Below, piece by piece: positions 9,137 through 18,523 of a DNA stretch of 64,000 bases; positions within the stretch are counted from its first letter, which is position 1, and each line of letters begins with the position of its first letter. This stretch comes from Kiritimatiellia bacterium (GTDB lineage Bacteria > Verrucomicrobiota > Kiritimatiellia > JAAZAB01), in the NCBI GenBank assembly GCA_040767085.1, contig JAXGPF010000006.1, forward strand, positions 192,001 to 256,000, read 5' to 3'. Under the pieces are notes generated by a model. That model was not told the origin of the DNA, searched no databases, and was given only the letters and a program-made list of their open reading frames with translations. The position numbers and the translations under genes were made by a program.

Positions 9137-10084
9137 TCAACCCAGCGCCGCCCGCGCCGCCTGCCGGCCGGCGGCGATGATTGCATCCGCCCGATGAAAA
9201 TCCATGAAGCTGACATCCCCCAGCCGCGGCTGGATCAGCAGATCCGGCGGATCGCTTTTCATCCGCGCCTCGGTGATTTGCGCCTCCATGATCCGGATGG
9301 AATCGCCCAGGACATCGAAAATACCCGGCGTAGCCGACGCCTTGAGCCAGCGGCGCACCGTCCGGCCCAGGGGATTGTCCGCCGCCGCCAGCCGCACCCG
9401 GGCCTGCCGGAGAAATTCACCCGCGCGTTCCCTGGTTGCCCGCGATAAGACCGCCGCGGGCGGCGGGGTGTCCGGCAGCGGCGGATGCGCCGCCGGCCCG
9501 GGCTCTCCCGGGAAATGGCTCACATCCACCGCCACGACATAATCCGCTCCCATCGCCCGCGCCACGCTCACCGGCACGGGATTGACCAGCCCGCCGTCCA
9601 CCAGGATCATGCCGCCCGTCTGCACGGGTGTAAACATACCCGGAATGGCGATGCTGGCACGCACGGCCGCCACCACCTCCCCCGACGTAAAAACATGTTC
9701 AAGCCCGGTCAGAATGTCCGTCGCCACGGCCCGAAATGGCACGGCCAGGTTTTCAATGCGTTCAAACTGGACTTGCGACCGGACAAATTCTTCGATCTTG
9801 CTCCCATCTATCAGGCCGGAACGCGGAAAAGTGATGTCCAGAAAATAATAGATCATCTGCCGCCAATCCAGCCGGCGCGCCATTTCCCTCAACTCCGGCA
9901 ACCGGCCGGCGGCAAAGACGGCGCCGACCAGCGCCCCGATGCTCGTGCCGGCCACCAGGCCGATTTCCAGGCCCGCCGCCTGTAACTCTTCGATCACGCC
10001 AATATGCGCCCAACCGCGCGCCGCGCCGCTGCCCAACGCCAGGGCCACCCGGCGCGGCCGGCGTTTCCGCCAGAATTTATGCAT
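9137..10084 (-). CDS. Patatin-like phospholipase (RssA-like)
   Basis: GSGAARGWAHIG, GTSIG (catalytic Ser) and DGG motifs; GGAGG upstream of ATG 10084. Confidence 0.92.
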   Translation of the reverse strand: MHKFWRKRRPRRVALALGSGAARGWAHIGVIEELQAAGLEIGLVAGTSIGALVGAVFAAGRLPELREMARRLDWRQMIYYFLDITFPRSGLIDGSKIEEFVRSQVQFERIENLAVPFRAVATDILTGLEHVFTSGEVVAAVRASIAIPGMFTPVQTGGMILVDGGLVNPVPVSVARAMGADYVVAVDVSHFPGEPGPAAHPPLPDTPPPAAVLSRATRERAGEFLRQARVRLAAADNPLGRTVRRWLKASATPGIFDVLGDSIRIMEAQITEARMKSDPPDLLIQPRLGDVSFMDFHRADAIIAAGRQAARAALG

Positions 10085-10312
10085 GCGTCCCTCCCGGTGC
10101 TGCCGGTTTCGACATCCAAGACACATTCAAAGCCATATAAAATCAGAACTTCTCACTGATCGCAACAACCGAATGTCGGCAAGTTTCAAACACAGCCAAC
10201 AGAAGGTTCACCTCAGGTTCTCCCTCCAGGGACGTTCCCGCCATATTTTTAGAGGGTGATCCGTAAAATTCGCACATTCGCCCATCGCTCCGGGGACAAT
10301 TAAACCCGTTCA

Positions 10313-10341
10313 TTGACAATTCATCCCTTATGTCATATATT
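10313..10341 (+). promoter_or_regulatory. Sigma70 promoter of the PTS EIIA-ehr operon
   Basis: TTGACA (10313-10318), 17 nt, TATATT (10336-10341); overlapped by TGTC direct repeats. Confidence 0.7.
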
Positions 10342-10374
10342 GTCCCTGCTTGTCCTTGTCAGGATATAAACAAT

Positions 10375-11091
10375 ATGGAACTGAATGTCAAGGAGGCCTC
10401 CAAATTAATGGGGGTTTCCGAAAAAACCATATATCGGTGGGTCAGGCGCAACAAACTGCCTGCATTCAAGATCAACGATCAGTACCGTTTCAACCGGGTG
10501 GAAATGTTGGAATGGGCTACCGCGCAACGGATCAATGTTGCCGCCGATATGTTCTGCAACGCCAGTGAAGAGCAAGCCGTCGTATCGGGCCTGGAAGAAT
10601 CCCTGCGGGCTGGCGGCATCCATTACCGGGTGTGCGGGCAGGACAAGGCGGCGGCGTTGCAATCTATCGTGGAAATCATGCCGCTGCCCCAGGAGGTGGA
10701 CAAGGCATTTCTGCTGCGAGTGCTGATCGCCCGCGAATCCCTGGGTTCGACCAGCATCGGCGACGGCATCGCGATTCCCCATGTGCGCAACCCGATAGTT
10801 TTACATGTCCCTCGTCCAATAGTGGCCCTTTGTTTCATGGAACGACCAATTGAATTCGGGGCGCTGGACGGCCGGCCGGTGCATACGCTGTTTGCCATCG
10901 TCAGCCCCACGGTCAAGGCCCATTTGAACCTGCTGGCGCGGCTGGCCTTTGCGCTGCGTCAGCCCGCTTTCAACAACCATATCCTGCAACAGGGATCGCG
11001 CGATGAAATTTTCGCCGCAGCCCGCGGTGTCGACCAGATGTTACAGCACCGCGATCCGGCTGGCGCCGCGGCGGGAGATGGCGTTCCATGA
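10375..11091 (+). CDS. Excisionase-type HTH (HTH_17) fused to a PTS EIIA(Ntr)-like domain
   Basis: LNVKEASKLMGVSEKTIYRW...LPAFKINDQYRF HTH; RESLGSTSIGDGIAIPH EIIA motif with the phosphorylatable His. Confidence 0.9.
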   Translation: MELNVKEASKLMGVSEKTIYRWVRRNKLPAFKINDQYRFNRVEMLEWATAQRINVAADMFCNASEEQAVVSGLEESLRAGGIHYRVCGQDKAAALQSIVEIMPLPQEVDKAFLLRVLIARESLGSTSIGDGIAIPHVRNPIVLHVPRPIVALCFMERPIEFGALDGRPVHTLFAIVSPTVKAHLNLLARLAFALRQPAFNNHILQQGSRDEIFAAARGVDQMLQHRDPAGAAAGDGVP

Positions 11092-13094
11092 CCTTGTTTA
11101 TGCTTGCATTGGCGGTCTTGTTTGCAGGGGGCATCCTCTGTCTGGCAGCCAGCGGGCGCCCGCGGCTGGCGCGCTGCCTGGGTCCAAGCGTCACGGCGAT
11201 TGGCTGTCTTTGCGGCCTGGGCCCGGCGCTGGCGGCGCTGGCGGGCGGCGCGCTGGCTCCGTGGCGCCTGCCCTGGACCATTCCCGGCGGCTCGTTTTTC
11301 GTGAGCCTGGACGCTCTTTCCGCCGTGTTCGCGCTGCCGATCATTGTCTTGTGTCCATTGGCGGCCATTTACGGGGCGGCTTACCTGCAGCCTTTCGCCG
11401 CCCATAAGGATTTGGCGCCATCCTGGTGCTGTTTTAACCTGCTCGCCGGGAGCATGCTGCTGGTAGTGGCGGCGCGTAATGCCATCCTGTTTCTCCTCGC
11501 CTGGGAGATCATGTCGCTGGCTTCGTTTTTCCTGGTGGTCTTCGAAAACGAGCATGCCAGCGTCAGGCGCGCCGGCTGGACTTACCTGGTGGCCACGCAC
11601 CTGGGCACCGCCCTGCTGTTGCCGATGTTCGTCCTGCTCGGCCGCCAGGGGCAGACCCTGGACTTTGACGGCTTCGCGGCCGCGGCGCCGGGATGCGCCG
11701 CCGCTGTTTTCCTGCTGGCGCTGGCGGGCTTCGGGACCAAGGCGGGGTTCATTCCCGTGCATGTCTGGCTGCCGGAAGCGCATCCCGCGGCGCCTTCGCA
11801 TGTTTCCGCCGTGATGAGCGGAGTCATGATCAAGACCGGCATTTACGGGCTGCTGCGCACGCTGACGTTTCTCGGCCCGCCCCCGCCCTGGTGGGGCTGG
11901 ACCATGATCGGAGTTGGTTGCCTGTCCGGCATCCTGGGCGTGCTGCTGGCGTTGGCCCAGCATGACTTGAAACGCCTGCTGGCCTATCACAGCGTGGAGA
12001 ACATCGGCATTATCGCCCTGGGCATCGGCGGCGGACTGCTCGGAATGAGCTATGCCAGCCCGGGCCTGGCCTTTTTGGGATTCGCGGGCGGATTACTCCA
12101 CGTGATCAACCACGCCTTGTTCAAGGGGCTTTTGTTTTTCAGCGCCGGATCGGTCCTGCACGCCGCCGGCATCCGCGAAATTGACCGGCTGGGCGGACTG
12201 CTCAAAACCATGCCGGTCACGGGCGGGATGTTTTTCATCGGCGCGGCGGCCATTTGCGGCCTGCCGCCCTTGAATGGTTTTGTGAGCGAACTCATGATTT
12301 ATCTCGGCGCGCTGAACGCCCTGGCGCAAGCTGCGCCCCTGCCGGCCTTGTATGTCGCCGGCGCAGTGATGCTCGGCGCGCTGGCGCTGATCGGCGGCTT
12401 GGCGGCCGCCTGTTTCACCAAGGCTTTCGGCGTGGTTTTTCTGGGCGAGCCGCGCTGCCCGGATGCGCTCAAGGCGCACGAGTCCGGCGCGTCCATGCGT
12501 ATTCCCATGGCCACCCTGGCGGCGCTTTGCGTCCTGCTCGGCCTCGCCGCGCCCTGGTTGCCGGCGGTTTTGCGGCCGGCGGCCTCCATTCTGGCCGGCG
12601 GCGCCGCCAGCCCGGCCCGGGTCGCCAGCCCAGCTTGGGTCGCCAGCCCAGCTTGGGCCGCGGCCGCCTTGTCCGCCATTCCCTGCCTGGCCCTGGCCGC
12701 AGCCCTGCTGGCCGGCATCTTGTTTTGGGCGCGCCGCCGGCTGCGGCAGCGCCGGCCGGACGCGCAGTCCGTCACCTGGGATTGCGGTTATGCCGCGCCG
12801 ACGCCCCGCATGCAATATACCGCCTCGTCTTTCGCCGAACCGATTACGCGGATTTTCAAGCCCTTGCTGCGCACCCGTTATCACGAGCAAACGCCCGAGG
12901 GGCTCTTCCCGGATGCGGCTTCCTGGGCCACGCATACGCCGGACTTCTTTCACGAACGGGTATTCGGCTGGTTTTTCAAACTGGCGGAACGCCTCCTGGC
13001 GCGCGGCCGCCTGCTGCAGCATGGCCGGCTTAATCTTTACATCTTGTACATCGTCCTGGCCTTGTTGGCCTTGCTTTTATGGAAGTTGTTTTGA
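11088..13094 (+). CDS. hyfB: Hyf/Ehr antiporter-like membrane subunit (HyfB/EhrA-like)
   Basis: WEIMSL, KAGFIPVHVWLPEAHPAAPSHVSA, LKRLLAYHSVENIG and TWDCGY...RMQYT motifs. Confidence 0.88.
   Translation: MTLFMLALAVLFAGGILCLAASGRPRLARCLGPSVTAIGCLCGLGPALAALAGGALAPWRLPWTIPGGSFFVSLDALSAVFALPIIVLCPLAAIYGAAYLQPFAAHKDLAPSWCCFNLLAGSMLLVVAARNAILFLLAWEIMSLASFFLVVFENEHASVRRAGWTYLVATHLGTALLLPMFVLLGRQGQTLDFDGFAAAAPGCAAAVFLLALAGFGTKAGFIPVHVWLPEAHPAAPSHVSAVMSGVMIKTGIYGLLRTLTFLGPPPPWWGWTMIGVGCLSGILGVLLALAQHDLKRLLAYHSVENIGIIALGIGGGLLGMSYASPGLAFLGFAGGLLHVINHALFKGLLFFSAGSVLHAAGIREIDRLGGLLKTMPVTGGMFFIGAAAICGLPPLNGFVSELMIYLGALNALAQAAPLPALYVAGAVMLGALALIGGLAAACFTKAFGVVFLGEPRCPDALKAHESGASMRIPMATLAALCVLLGLAAPWLPAVLRPAASILAGGAASPARVASPAWVASPAWAAAALSAIPCLALAAALLAGILFWARRRLRQRRPDAQSVTWDCGYAAPTPRMQYTASSFAEPITRIFKPLLRTRYHEQTPEGLFPDAASWATHTPDFFHERVFGWFFKLAERLLARGRLLQHGRLNLYILYIVLALLALLLWKLF
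12603..12656 (+). repeat. In-frame 18-bp tandem repeat (3 units) inside hyfB
   Basis: GCCGCCAGCCCGGCCCGG followed by GTCGCCAGCCCAGCTTGG x2; encodes AASPAR-VASPAW-VASPAW. Confidence 0.85.
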
Positions 13095-13095
13095 A

Positions 13096-14019
13096 ATGCA
13101 TGTGTTTCCCGCACATCTAGGCCTCATGCTCGCCGGCTTGATCCTGGCGCCCCTATTGCCGGGCATCATCAACCGCACCAAGGCGCTGTGCGCCGGACGA
13201 CGCGGCCCGCCCCTGTTGCAGTTGTATTACGACCTTTTTAAATTGCTTCGCAAAAACGCGGTTTACAGCCGCACCACCACCTGGGTATTCCGGGCCAATC
13301 CCCCGGTCAGCCTGGCGGCGTCCATCGTTGTCCTGGCCTTGTTGCCGGCGGCGCGGCTGGAGGCGCCGGTATCGTTTGCGGGCGATTTCATCCTGCTGGC
13401 TTACGCGCTGGGCCTGGCGCGCTTTCTGACCATCCTGGCCGCGCTGGACACCGGCTCCAGTTTCGAGGGCATGGGGGCCAGCCGCGAGGCCCAATTCTCC
13501 GCCCTGGCGGAGCCGGCCCTGATTGTCGGACTGGGTGCGCTGGCCTGCGCCACCGGCCGGATTTCCCTGTCCGCCATTTTCGGAACGCTGAACGCCGCGC
13601 CGGCCGCCGGATTACCGGCGCTGGTCCTGCTGGCGGCAGCATGGCTGATTGTTTTCCTGGCCGAGAACTCGCGCATCCCGGTGGATGATCCCAACACCCA
13701 CCTGGAACTGACCATGATTCATGAAGTCATGATCCTGGATTATGCCGGGCCGGACCTGGCCATGATCTTGTACGCGGCCGCGCTGAAAATCTGGCTGCTG
13801 GGCGCGCTGATCGTTAACCTGGCGTTGGGCTTTACCGACTGGCGCGGCGGCGCGCTGGCGGCGGGGTTTGCCGCCGGTATGGCGCTCCTGGCGGTGTTGG
13901 TGGGGCTGATCGAATCGTCCATGGCCCGCTTGAACCTGGTGAAAGTGCCCCGCCTGCTGGGCGGCGCGCTGGTGCTGGCGGTGCTGGCACTGGCCTTGAT
14001 TGCGAGGGCGGCCTTGTGA
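13096..14019 (+). CDS. hyfC: Hyf/Ehr membrane subunit (HyfC/HycD, NuoH-like)
   Basis: RRGPPLLQLYYDLFKL, DTGSSFEGMGASRE and RIPVDDPNTHLELTMIHE motifs; real start is ATG 13096 inside the longer ORF. Confidence 0.9.
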   Translation: MHVFPAHLGLMLAGLILAPLLPGIINRTKALCAGRRGPPLLQLYYDLFKLLRKNAVYSRTTTWVFRANPPVSLAASIVVLALLPAARLEAPVSFAGDFILLAYALGLARFLTILAALDTGSSFEGMGASREAQFSALAEPALIVGLGALACATGRISLSAIFGTLNAAPAAGLPALVLLAAAWLIVFLAENSRIPVDDPNTHLELTMIHEVMILDYAGPDLAMILYAAALKIWLLGALIVNLALGFTDWRGGALAAGFAAGMALLAVLVGLIESSMARLNLVKVPRLLGGALVLAVLALALIARAAL

Positions 14020-14660
14020 AAGCTCTGACCGATATTCTGCTGGTCCTGTTGATTTTATCCAGTTTCGCCCTGCTGAATTCCAGCCGGCTGGGCGCCAGCA
14101 TACGCCTGGCAGCCTGGCAGGGCATTTTGGCCGGACTGCTGCCGGCGGTCATGAGCGGGCATGCAGTATCGCTCCGCATCCTGGCCACGGGGGCAGTGAT
14201 GATTGCCATGAAAGGCCTGATCTTCCCCCGCCTGCTGTTCCGCGCGCTGCGCGCTTCCGAAACCCGCCGGGAACAACAACCGCTGCTGGGATACACGGCT
14301 TCCCTGATTTTCGGCGTCCTGGCGCTGCTGGGCGCCTTCTGGCTGGATGCGCGCCTGGACCTGGCCGGCCATGCCGCCTTCCGCTTGGCTGCTCCAACGG
14401 CCATGGCGATGATGCTGACCGGCCTGTTTTTGATCGTAACGCGCCGGATTGCCCTCAGCCAGGTGATCGGCTTCCTGGCGCTGGAAAACGGGATTTACGT
14501 CTTCGGTCTGACAGCGGTGGGCGATGTTCCAGTCTTGATCGAATTGGGAGTATTGATGGACATTTTTGTGGCGGTATTCGTCATGGGCATCGCCATTTGC
14601 CATATCAACCGCGAGTTCGACCACATGGATTCCGACCGGTTGACGTCTTTAAAAGGTTAA
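14016..14660 (+). CDS. hyfE: Hyf/Ehr membrane subunit (HyfE-like)
   Basis: Hydrophobic protein with QVIGFLALENGI, ELGVLMD and C-terminal LTSLKG. Confidence 0.88.
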   Translation: MKALTDILLVLLILSSFALLNSSRLGASIRLAAWQGILAGLLPAVMSGHAVSLRILATGAVMIAMKGLIFPRLLFRALRASETRREQQPLLGYTASLIFGVLALLGAFWLDARLDLAGHAAFRLAAPTAMAMMLTGLFLIVTRRIALSQVIGFLALENGIYVFGLTAVGDVPVLIELGVLMDIFVAVFVMGIAICHINREFDHMDSDRLTSLKG

Positions 14661-14663
14661 ACC

Positions 14664-16145
14664 ATGCCAGGTGAATGGTTATTGCCGGGATTGATGCTGC
14701 TGCCGGTGTTGCTGGCCGGCGCCTGCCTTGTACTGCGTTCGCCGCGGGCCGTGGCCCTCGCATGCGCCGCCGGCACGCCGGCCGCGGCCCTGCCGGCCGC
14801 CGCGGCCGCCTTGTTGGCGCTGCGCCAGGGTCCGCTCTCCAGCGGCGCCGGCTGGTTCCGCCTCGATGCCCTCTCGTCTCTGCACATGCTGGTGATGGCC
14901 GGAGTGTTTACCGTGGCCGGCCTTTGCGGATTCGCCTATTTCCGGGCTGAAATCGCCGGCGGCCATTTCACGCTGAAACTGGCCCGGCGTTACGGCAGCC
15001 TCTGGTTCGGATCGTTTGCGGCCATGCTGCTGGTCTTGATTTCCAATAATCTCGGGCTGCTGTGGGTCGGCATTGAAGCTTCCACACTGTTGACGGCGTT
15101 CCTGATTTGCATCCACGCCGCGCCGGCCGCCCTGGAGGCGATGTGGAAATACCTGCTGATGTGTTCCGTCGGCGTGGCCCTGGCCTTCACAGGCACCCTG
15201 CTGATTGCCGCTTCCGCGGAGCCAGCCGGCCTGCAGGGCGCGGAAGTAATGCTCTGGACTAACCTGCGCGGCGCGGCCGCACAGCTCAATCCGGCCCTGA
15301 TCAAAGCCGGCTTCATTTTTCTGGCGGTCGGCTACGGCGTCAAAGCCGGCCTGGCGCCGATGCACAACTGGCTGCCGGACGCCCATAGCCAGGCGCCGGG
15401 GCCGGTATCGGCGGTCTTTTCCGGTTTCCTGTTGAATGCCGCCCTTTACGGCATCCTGCGCTGCCTGCCGCTGGTGGAGGCGGCCACCGGCAACACCGGC
15501 TGGGGCGGCGGCATTCTGGCCCTGTTCGGCCTGCTCTCCATCGCCGTCGCGGCGGCGTTAATCGTCTCCCAGCAGGATATCAAGCGGCTGCTGGCTTATT
15601 CCAGCGTCGAACATATCGGCATCATGGCCCTGGGTTTCGGGCTGGGCGGGGCGGGCGCCATCGCCGCCTTGTTCCACATGTGCTGCCACTCGCTGGCCAA
15701 AACCCTGGCCTTCTGCTGCGCCGGGCGCCTGGGCCAGATTTACGGCACGCACGACATGCAGCGCATGGCGCGGCTGACAGCCGCCGCTCCCTGGCTGGGC
15801 GCCGGCCTCCTGGCGGCGCTGCTGGCATTGATCGGCGCGGCGCCGCTGGCGCTGTTTATCAGCGAATTCCTGATCATGAAGGCTGCCGTGGACCAGGGCC
15901 GCCTGGCGGCGGCGGCCATCCTGCTGGCAGGCTTGGCGGTCGTGTTTATCGCGTTGCTGCGGCGCATGATCGCCATGGCCTGGGATGCCCGGCCGGACTT
16001 GCCGCCGCGGCAGCGCGCGCATTGGGCGGAAATCCTGATGGTCGCCGCCAGCCTGGCGGTCTTACTGGCGCTGGGCATGTATTGGCCGCCGCCCCTGGCG
16101 CGCCTGCTGGCCGGCGCCGCCGCTGTTCTGGAAGGAGCGCCATGA
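14664..16145 (+). CDS. hyfF: Hyf/Ehr antiporter-like membrane subunit (HyfF-like)
   Basis: LEAMWKYL, GYGVKAGLAPMHNWLPDAHSQAP and KRLLAYSSVEH motifs. Confidence 0.9.
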   Translation: MPGEWLLPGLMLLPVLLAGACLVLRSPRAVALACAAGTPAAALPAAAAALLALRQGPLSSGAGWFRLDALSSLHMLVMAGVFTVAGLCGFAYFRAEIAGGHFTLKLARRYGSLWFGSFAAMLLVLISNNLGLLWVGIEASTLLTAFLICIHAAPAALEAMWKYLLMCSVGVALAFTGTLLIAASAEPAGLQGAEVMLWTNLRGAAAQLNPALIKAGFIFLAVGYGVKAGLAPMHNWLPDAHSQAPGPVSAVFSGFLLNAALYGILRCLPLVEAATGNTGWGGGILALFGLLSIAVAAALIVSQQDIKRLLAYSSVEHIGIMALGFGLGGAGAIAALFHMCCHSLAKTLAFCCAGRLGQIYGTHDMQRMARLTAAAPWLGAGLLAALLALIGAAPLALFISEFLIMKAAVDQGRLAAAAILLAGLAVVFIALLRRMIAMAWDARPDLPPRQRAHWAEILMVAASLAVLLALGMYWPPPLARLLAGAAAVLEGAP

Positions 16146-17683
16146 ACGATTTCCTCCACCTGCCGAACAACGCGGCCGTCCCTCTGGACCAAATCCCGGT
16201 GTTGCAACTGGAGGCGTTCCGGGGCCGGATTTTGGATGATGTCCGCCAGGGCGCGCGCATTGCGGCATTATTCGCCGCCCCGGCCGATGGCGGACACCGG
16301 CTGTTTGCAGTCCTGGCCTGCCCGGCGCGCGCCCGGCTTTCAATCTTCAGCGAAACCGCGGAACATAGTTATCCCGCCCTCACCCCGGCCTGCCCGCAGG
16401 CCCATCTTTTCGAACGTGAAATCAGCGAGCAGACCGGCATCCACCCCGCGGGGCATCCGTGGCTCAAGCCGGTCCGCTTCCCGGGGCGGGCGCCGGCGGC
16501 GCCATCGAATGCGCCGCCCCGTGGCGCCGCTGCAGGGGAACGCGCGCAAATTCCGCCCGGGCAATGCGGCGTAATGGATTTCTTCCAAATCACCGGCGAG
16601 GAAATCCACGAAGTTGCGGTCGGCCCCGTGCATGCCGGGATCATCGAGCCCGGCCATTTCCGGTTCCAGTGTCACGGCGAAACAGTGCGCCACCTGGAGA
16701 TTTCGCTGGGTTACCAGCACCGCGGCCTGGAACAAGCCTTGATTGGCGGACCCGGCCGGCGGACGCTGCATTACATGGAAACCCTGGCCGGCGACACCAC
16801 TATCGGTCATGCGATGACTTACTGCCAAGTCCAGGAAGCCCTGGCGCAATGCGAAGTGCCGGCCCGCGCCCAGGCGCTGCGCGGCATCGCCCTGGAATTG
16901 GAGCGCATCGCCAATCACATCGGCGATCTCGGCGCGCTGGCGGGCGATATCGGATTTCTGCCGACCATGTCCTTCTGCGGCCGGATTCGCGGCGACATCC
17001 TGAACCTGACAGCGTGCCTGTGCGGCAACCGCTTCGGGCGCCGCCTGGTCGTGCCCGGCGGAACGGCTTATGACCTGGACGGACAACAGGCCGCGCTGCT
17101 GCGCGCCCGGCTGAAAGCGGCCATGGCGGACGCCGCCGCGGCCGTCAACCTGCTTTGGGAAACGCCCTCGGTGCTCGCACGCTTCGAAAACACCGGCGGG
17201 CTGACCCGCGCCGCGGCCGTGGAAATCGGCCTGGTGGGCGTGGCGGCGCGCGCCTGCGGGCTGGACCGGGATGTCCGCCGCGATTTCCCCGCCGGCATTT
17301 ACCAATGGGCGCAGATTCCCGTCGCCACCTGGCGCACGGGCGATGTCTTCGCGCGCGCCTTTGTGCGCTGGCTGGAAGCTCAGCGTTCCGCCGCGTTCAT
17401 CCATGACCTGTTGCAAAACCTGCCCGATGCCACCGTCCGCGCCCCCTGCCCTGGCCAACTGCCGCCGGCGCATCTGGCCGTGGCGCTGACGGAAGGCTGG
17501 CGCGGCGAAATCTGCCACGCGGCCGTCACCGGGGCCGACGGCCGGTTCGTCTGCTACAAGGCGCTGGATCCTTCTTTCCATAACTGGTTCGGCCTGGCGC
17601 AAGCCATGCGCGGCCAGCAGATATCCGATTTTCCGCTGTGCAACAAGAGTTTTAACCTGTCCTATTGCGGGCACGATTTGTAA
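16142..17683 (+). CDS. Ehr large subunit (NuoC/D-like, HyfG/HycE homolog) lacking the NiFe-binding CxxC motifs
   Basis: FEREI, HPWLKP, VGPVHAGIIEPGHFRF, LELERIANH, EGWRGE, DPSFHNW and DFPLCNKSFNLSY motifs; L1 site reads TLAGDTTIGH. GAAGGAG upstream of ATG 16142. Confidence 0.9.
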   Translation: MNDFLHLPNNAAVPLDQIPVLQLEAFRGRILDDVRQGARIAALFAAPADGGHRLFAVLACPARARLSIFSETAEHSYPALTPACPQAHLFEREISEQTGIHPAGHPWLKPVRFPGRAPAAPSNAPPRGAAAGERAQIPPGQCGVMDFFQITGEEIHEVAVGPVHAGIIEPGHFRFQCHGETVRHLEISLGYQHRGLEQALIGGPGRRTLHYMETLAGDTTIGHAMTYCQVQEALAQCEVPARAQALRGIALELERIANHIGDLGALAGDIGFLPTMSFCGRIRGDILNLTACLCGNRFGRRLVVPGGTAYDLDGQQAALLRARLKAAMADAAAAVNLLWETPSVLARFENTGGLTRAAAVEIGLVGVAARACGLDRDVRRDFPAGIYQWAQIPVATWRTGDVFARAFVRWLEAQRSAAFIHDLLQNLPDATVRAPCPGQLPPAHLAVALTEGWRGEICHAAVTGADGRFVCYKALDPSFHNWFGLAQAMRGQQISDFPLCNKSFNLSYCGHDL

Positions 17684-17694
17684 GGACCTGAAAA

Positions 17695-18477
17695 ATGAGC
17701 AGCCTGTTGATCACCCGCCTGCGCCAGGGATACCGGACCATGCCCTACCCGGCCGGCCCGCCGCCCGCAATGCCGGAGCGCTTCACCGGCCGGCCCGCGA
17801 TCCAGGCCGGCGCCTGCCGCGCAGATTGCCGGATGTGCGAGGAGGTCTGCCCTGCCGGCGCCATCCAGCGCGCCGGCGGCGCGGTGCAAATCGACATGGG
17901 CCGCTGTATCTTCTGCGCCAAATGCCGGGACGCCTGCCCGGCGCACGCCATCGCCTTTACCGCGGAACACCGCCTGGCGGCGCGCCGGCGGCCGGACCTG
18001 CTGGTCGCCGGCGGCGCGCCCTTCGCCCGGAATGAAAACCATGGCGCAATCCGGAAAATTTTCGGGCGCTCGCTCAAGCTGCGCCAGGTCAGCGCCGGGG
18101 GCTGCAACGCCTGCGAGGCCGACACCAACGTGCTCAATACCCTGGCCTGGGATCTGGGCCGGTTCGGCATCCAATTCGTCGCCGCGCCCCGCCATGCCGA
18201 CGGCCTGCTGATTACCGGGCCGGTAACACAAAACATGGCGCTGGCGCTGCGTAAGACCTACGACGCCGTGCCGTCTCCGAAAATCGTCATCGCCGTCGGC
18301 GCCTGCGCCATTGCCGGCGGCCCATACGCCGGACATCCGGAAGTCCGCAACGGCGCGGAAGCCCTGCTGCCGGTGGACCTTTACATCCCCGGCTGCCCGC
18401 CGCATCCGCTGACAATCCTGGACGGCCTGCTCTGGCTGCTGGGACGGTTGCCCGCAACCCGCCGTCCGGTATCGTAA
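17695..18477 (+). CDS. Ehr small subunit: 2[4Fe-4S] ferredoxin fused to a NuoB/HyfI-like domain
   Basis: CRADCRMCEEVCP and CIFCAKCRDACP ferredoxin motifs, followed by GGCNACE, GACA and PGCPP. Confidence 0.9.
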   Translation: MSSLLITRLRQGYRTMPYPAGPPPAMPERFTGRPAIQAGACRADCRMCEEVCPAGAIQRAGGAVQIDMGRCIFCAKCRDACPAHAIAFTAEHRLAARRRPDLLVAGGAPFARNENHGAIRKIFGRSLKLRQVSAGGCNACEADTNVLNTLAWDLGRFGIQFVAAPRHADGLLITGPVTQNMALALRKTYDAVPSPKIVIAVGACAIAGGPYAGHPEVRNGAEALLPVDLYIPGCPPHPLTILDGLLWLLGRLPATRRPVS

Positions 18478-18523
18478 CCGCCGGCCAGTCCGATTGGCAT
18501 GGGACAGGAATCACTGCCGAAGA

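Noticed and set aside
11088-18477. Annotation as a true [NiFe] hydrogenase-4 or formate hydrogenlyase
   Set aside because: The large subunit lacks both CxxC Ni-binding motifs and a maturation extension.
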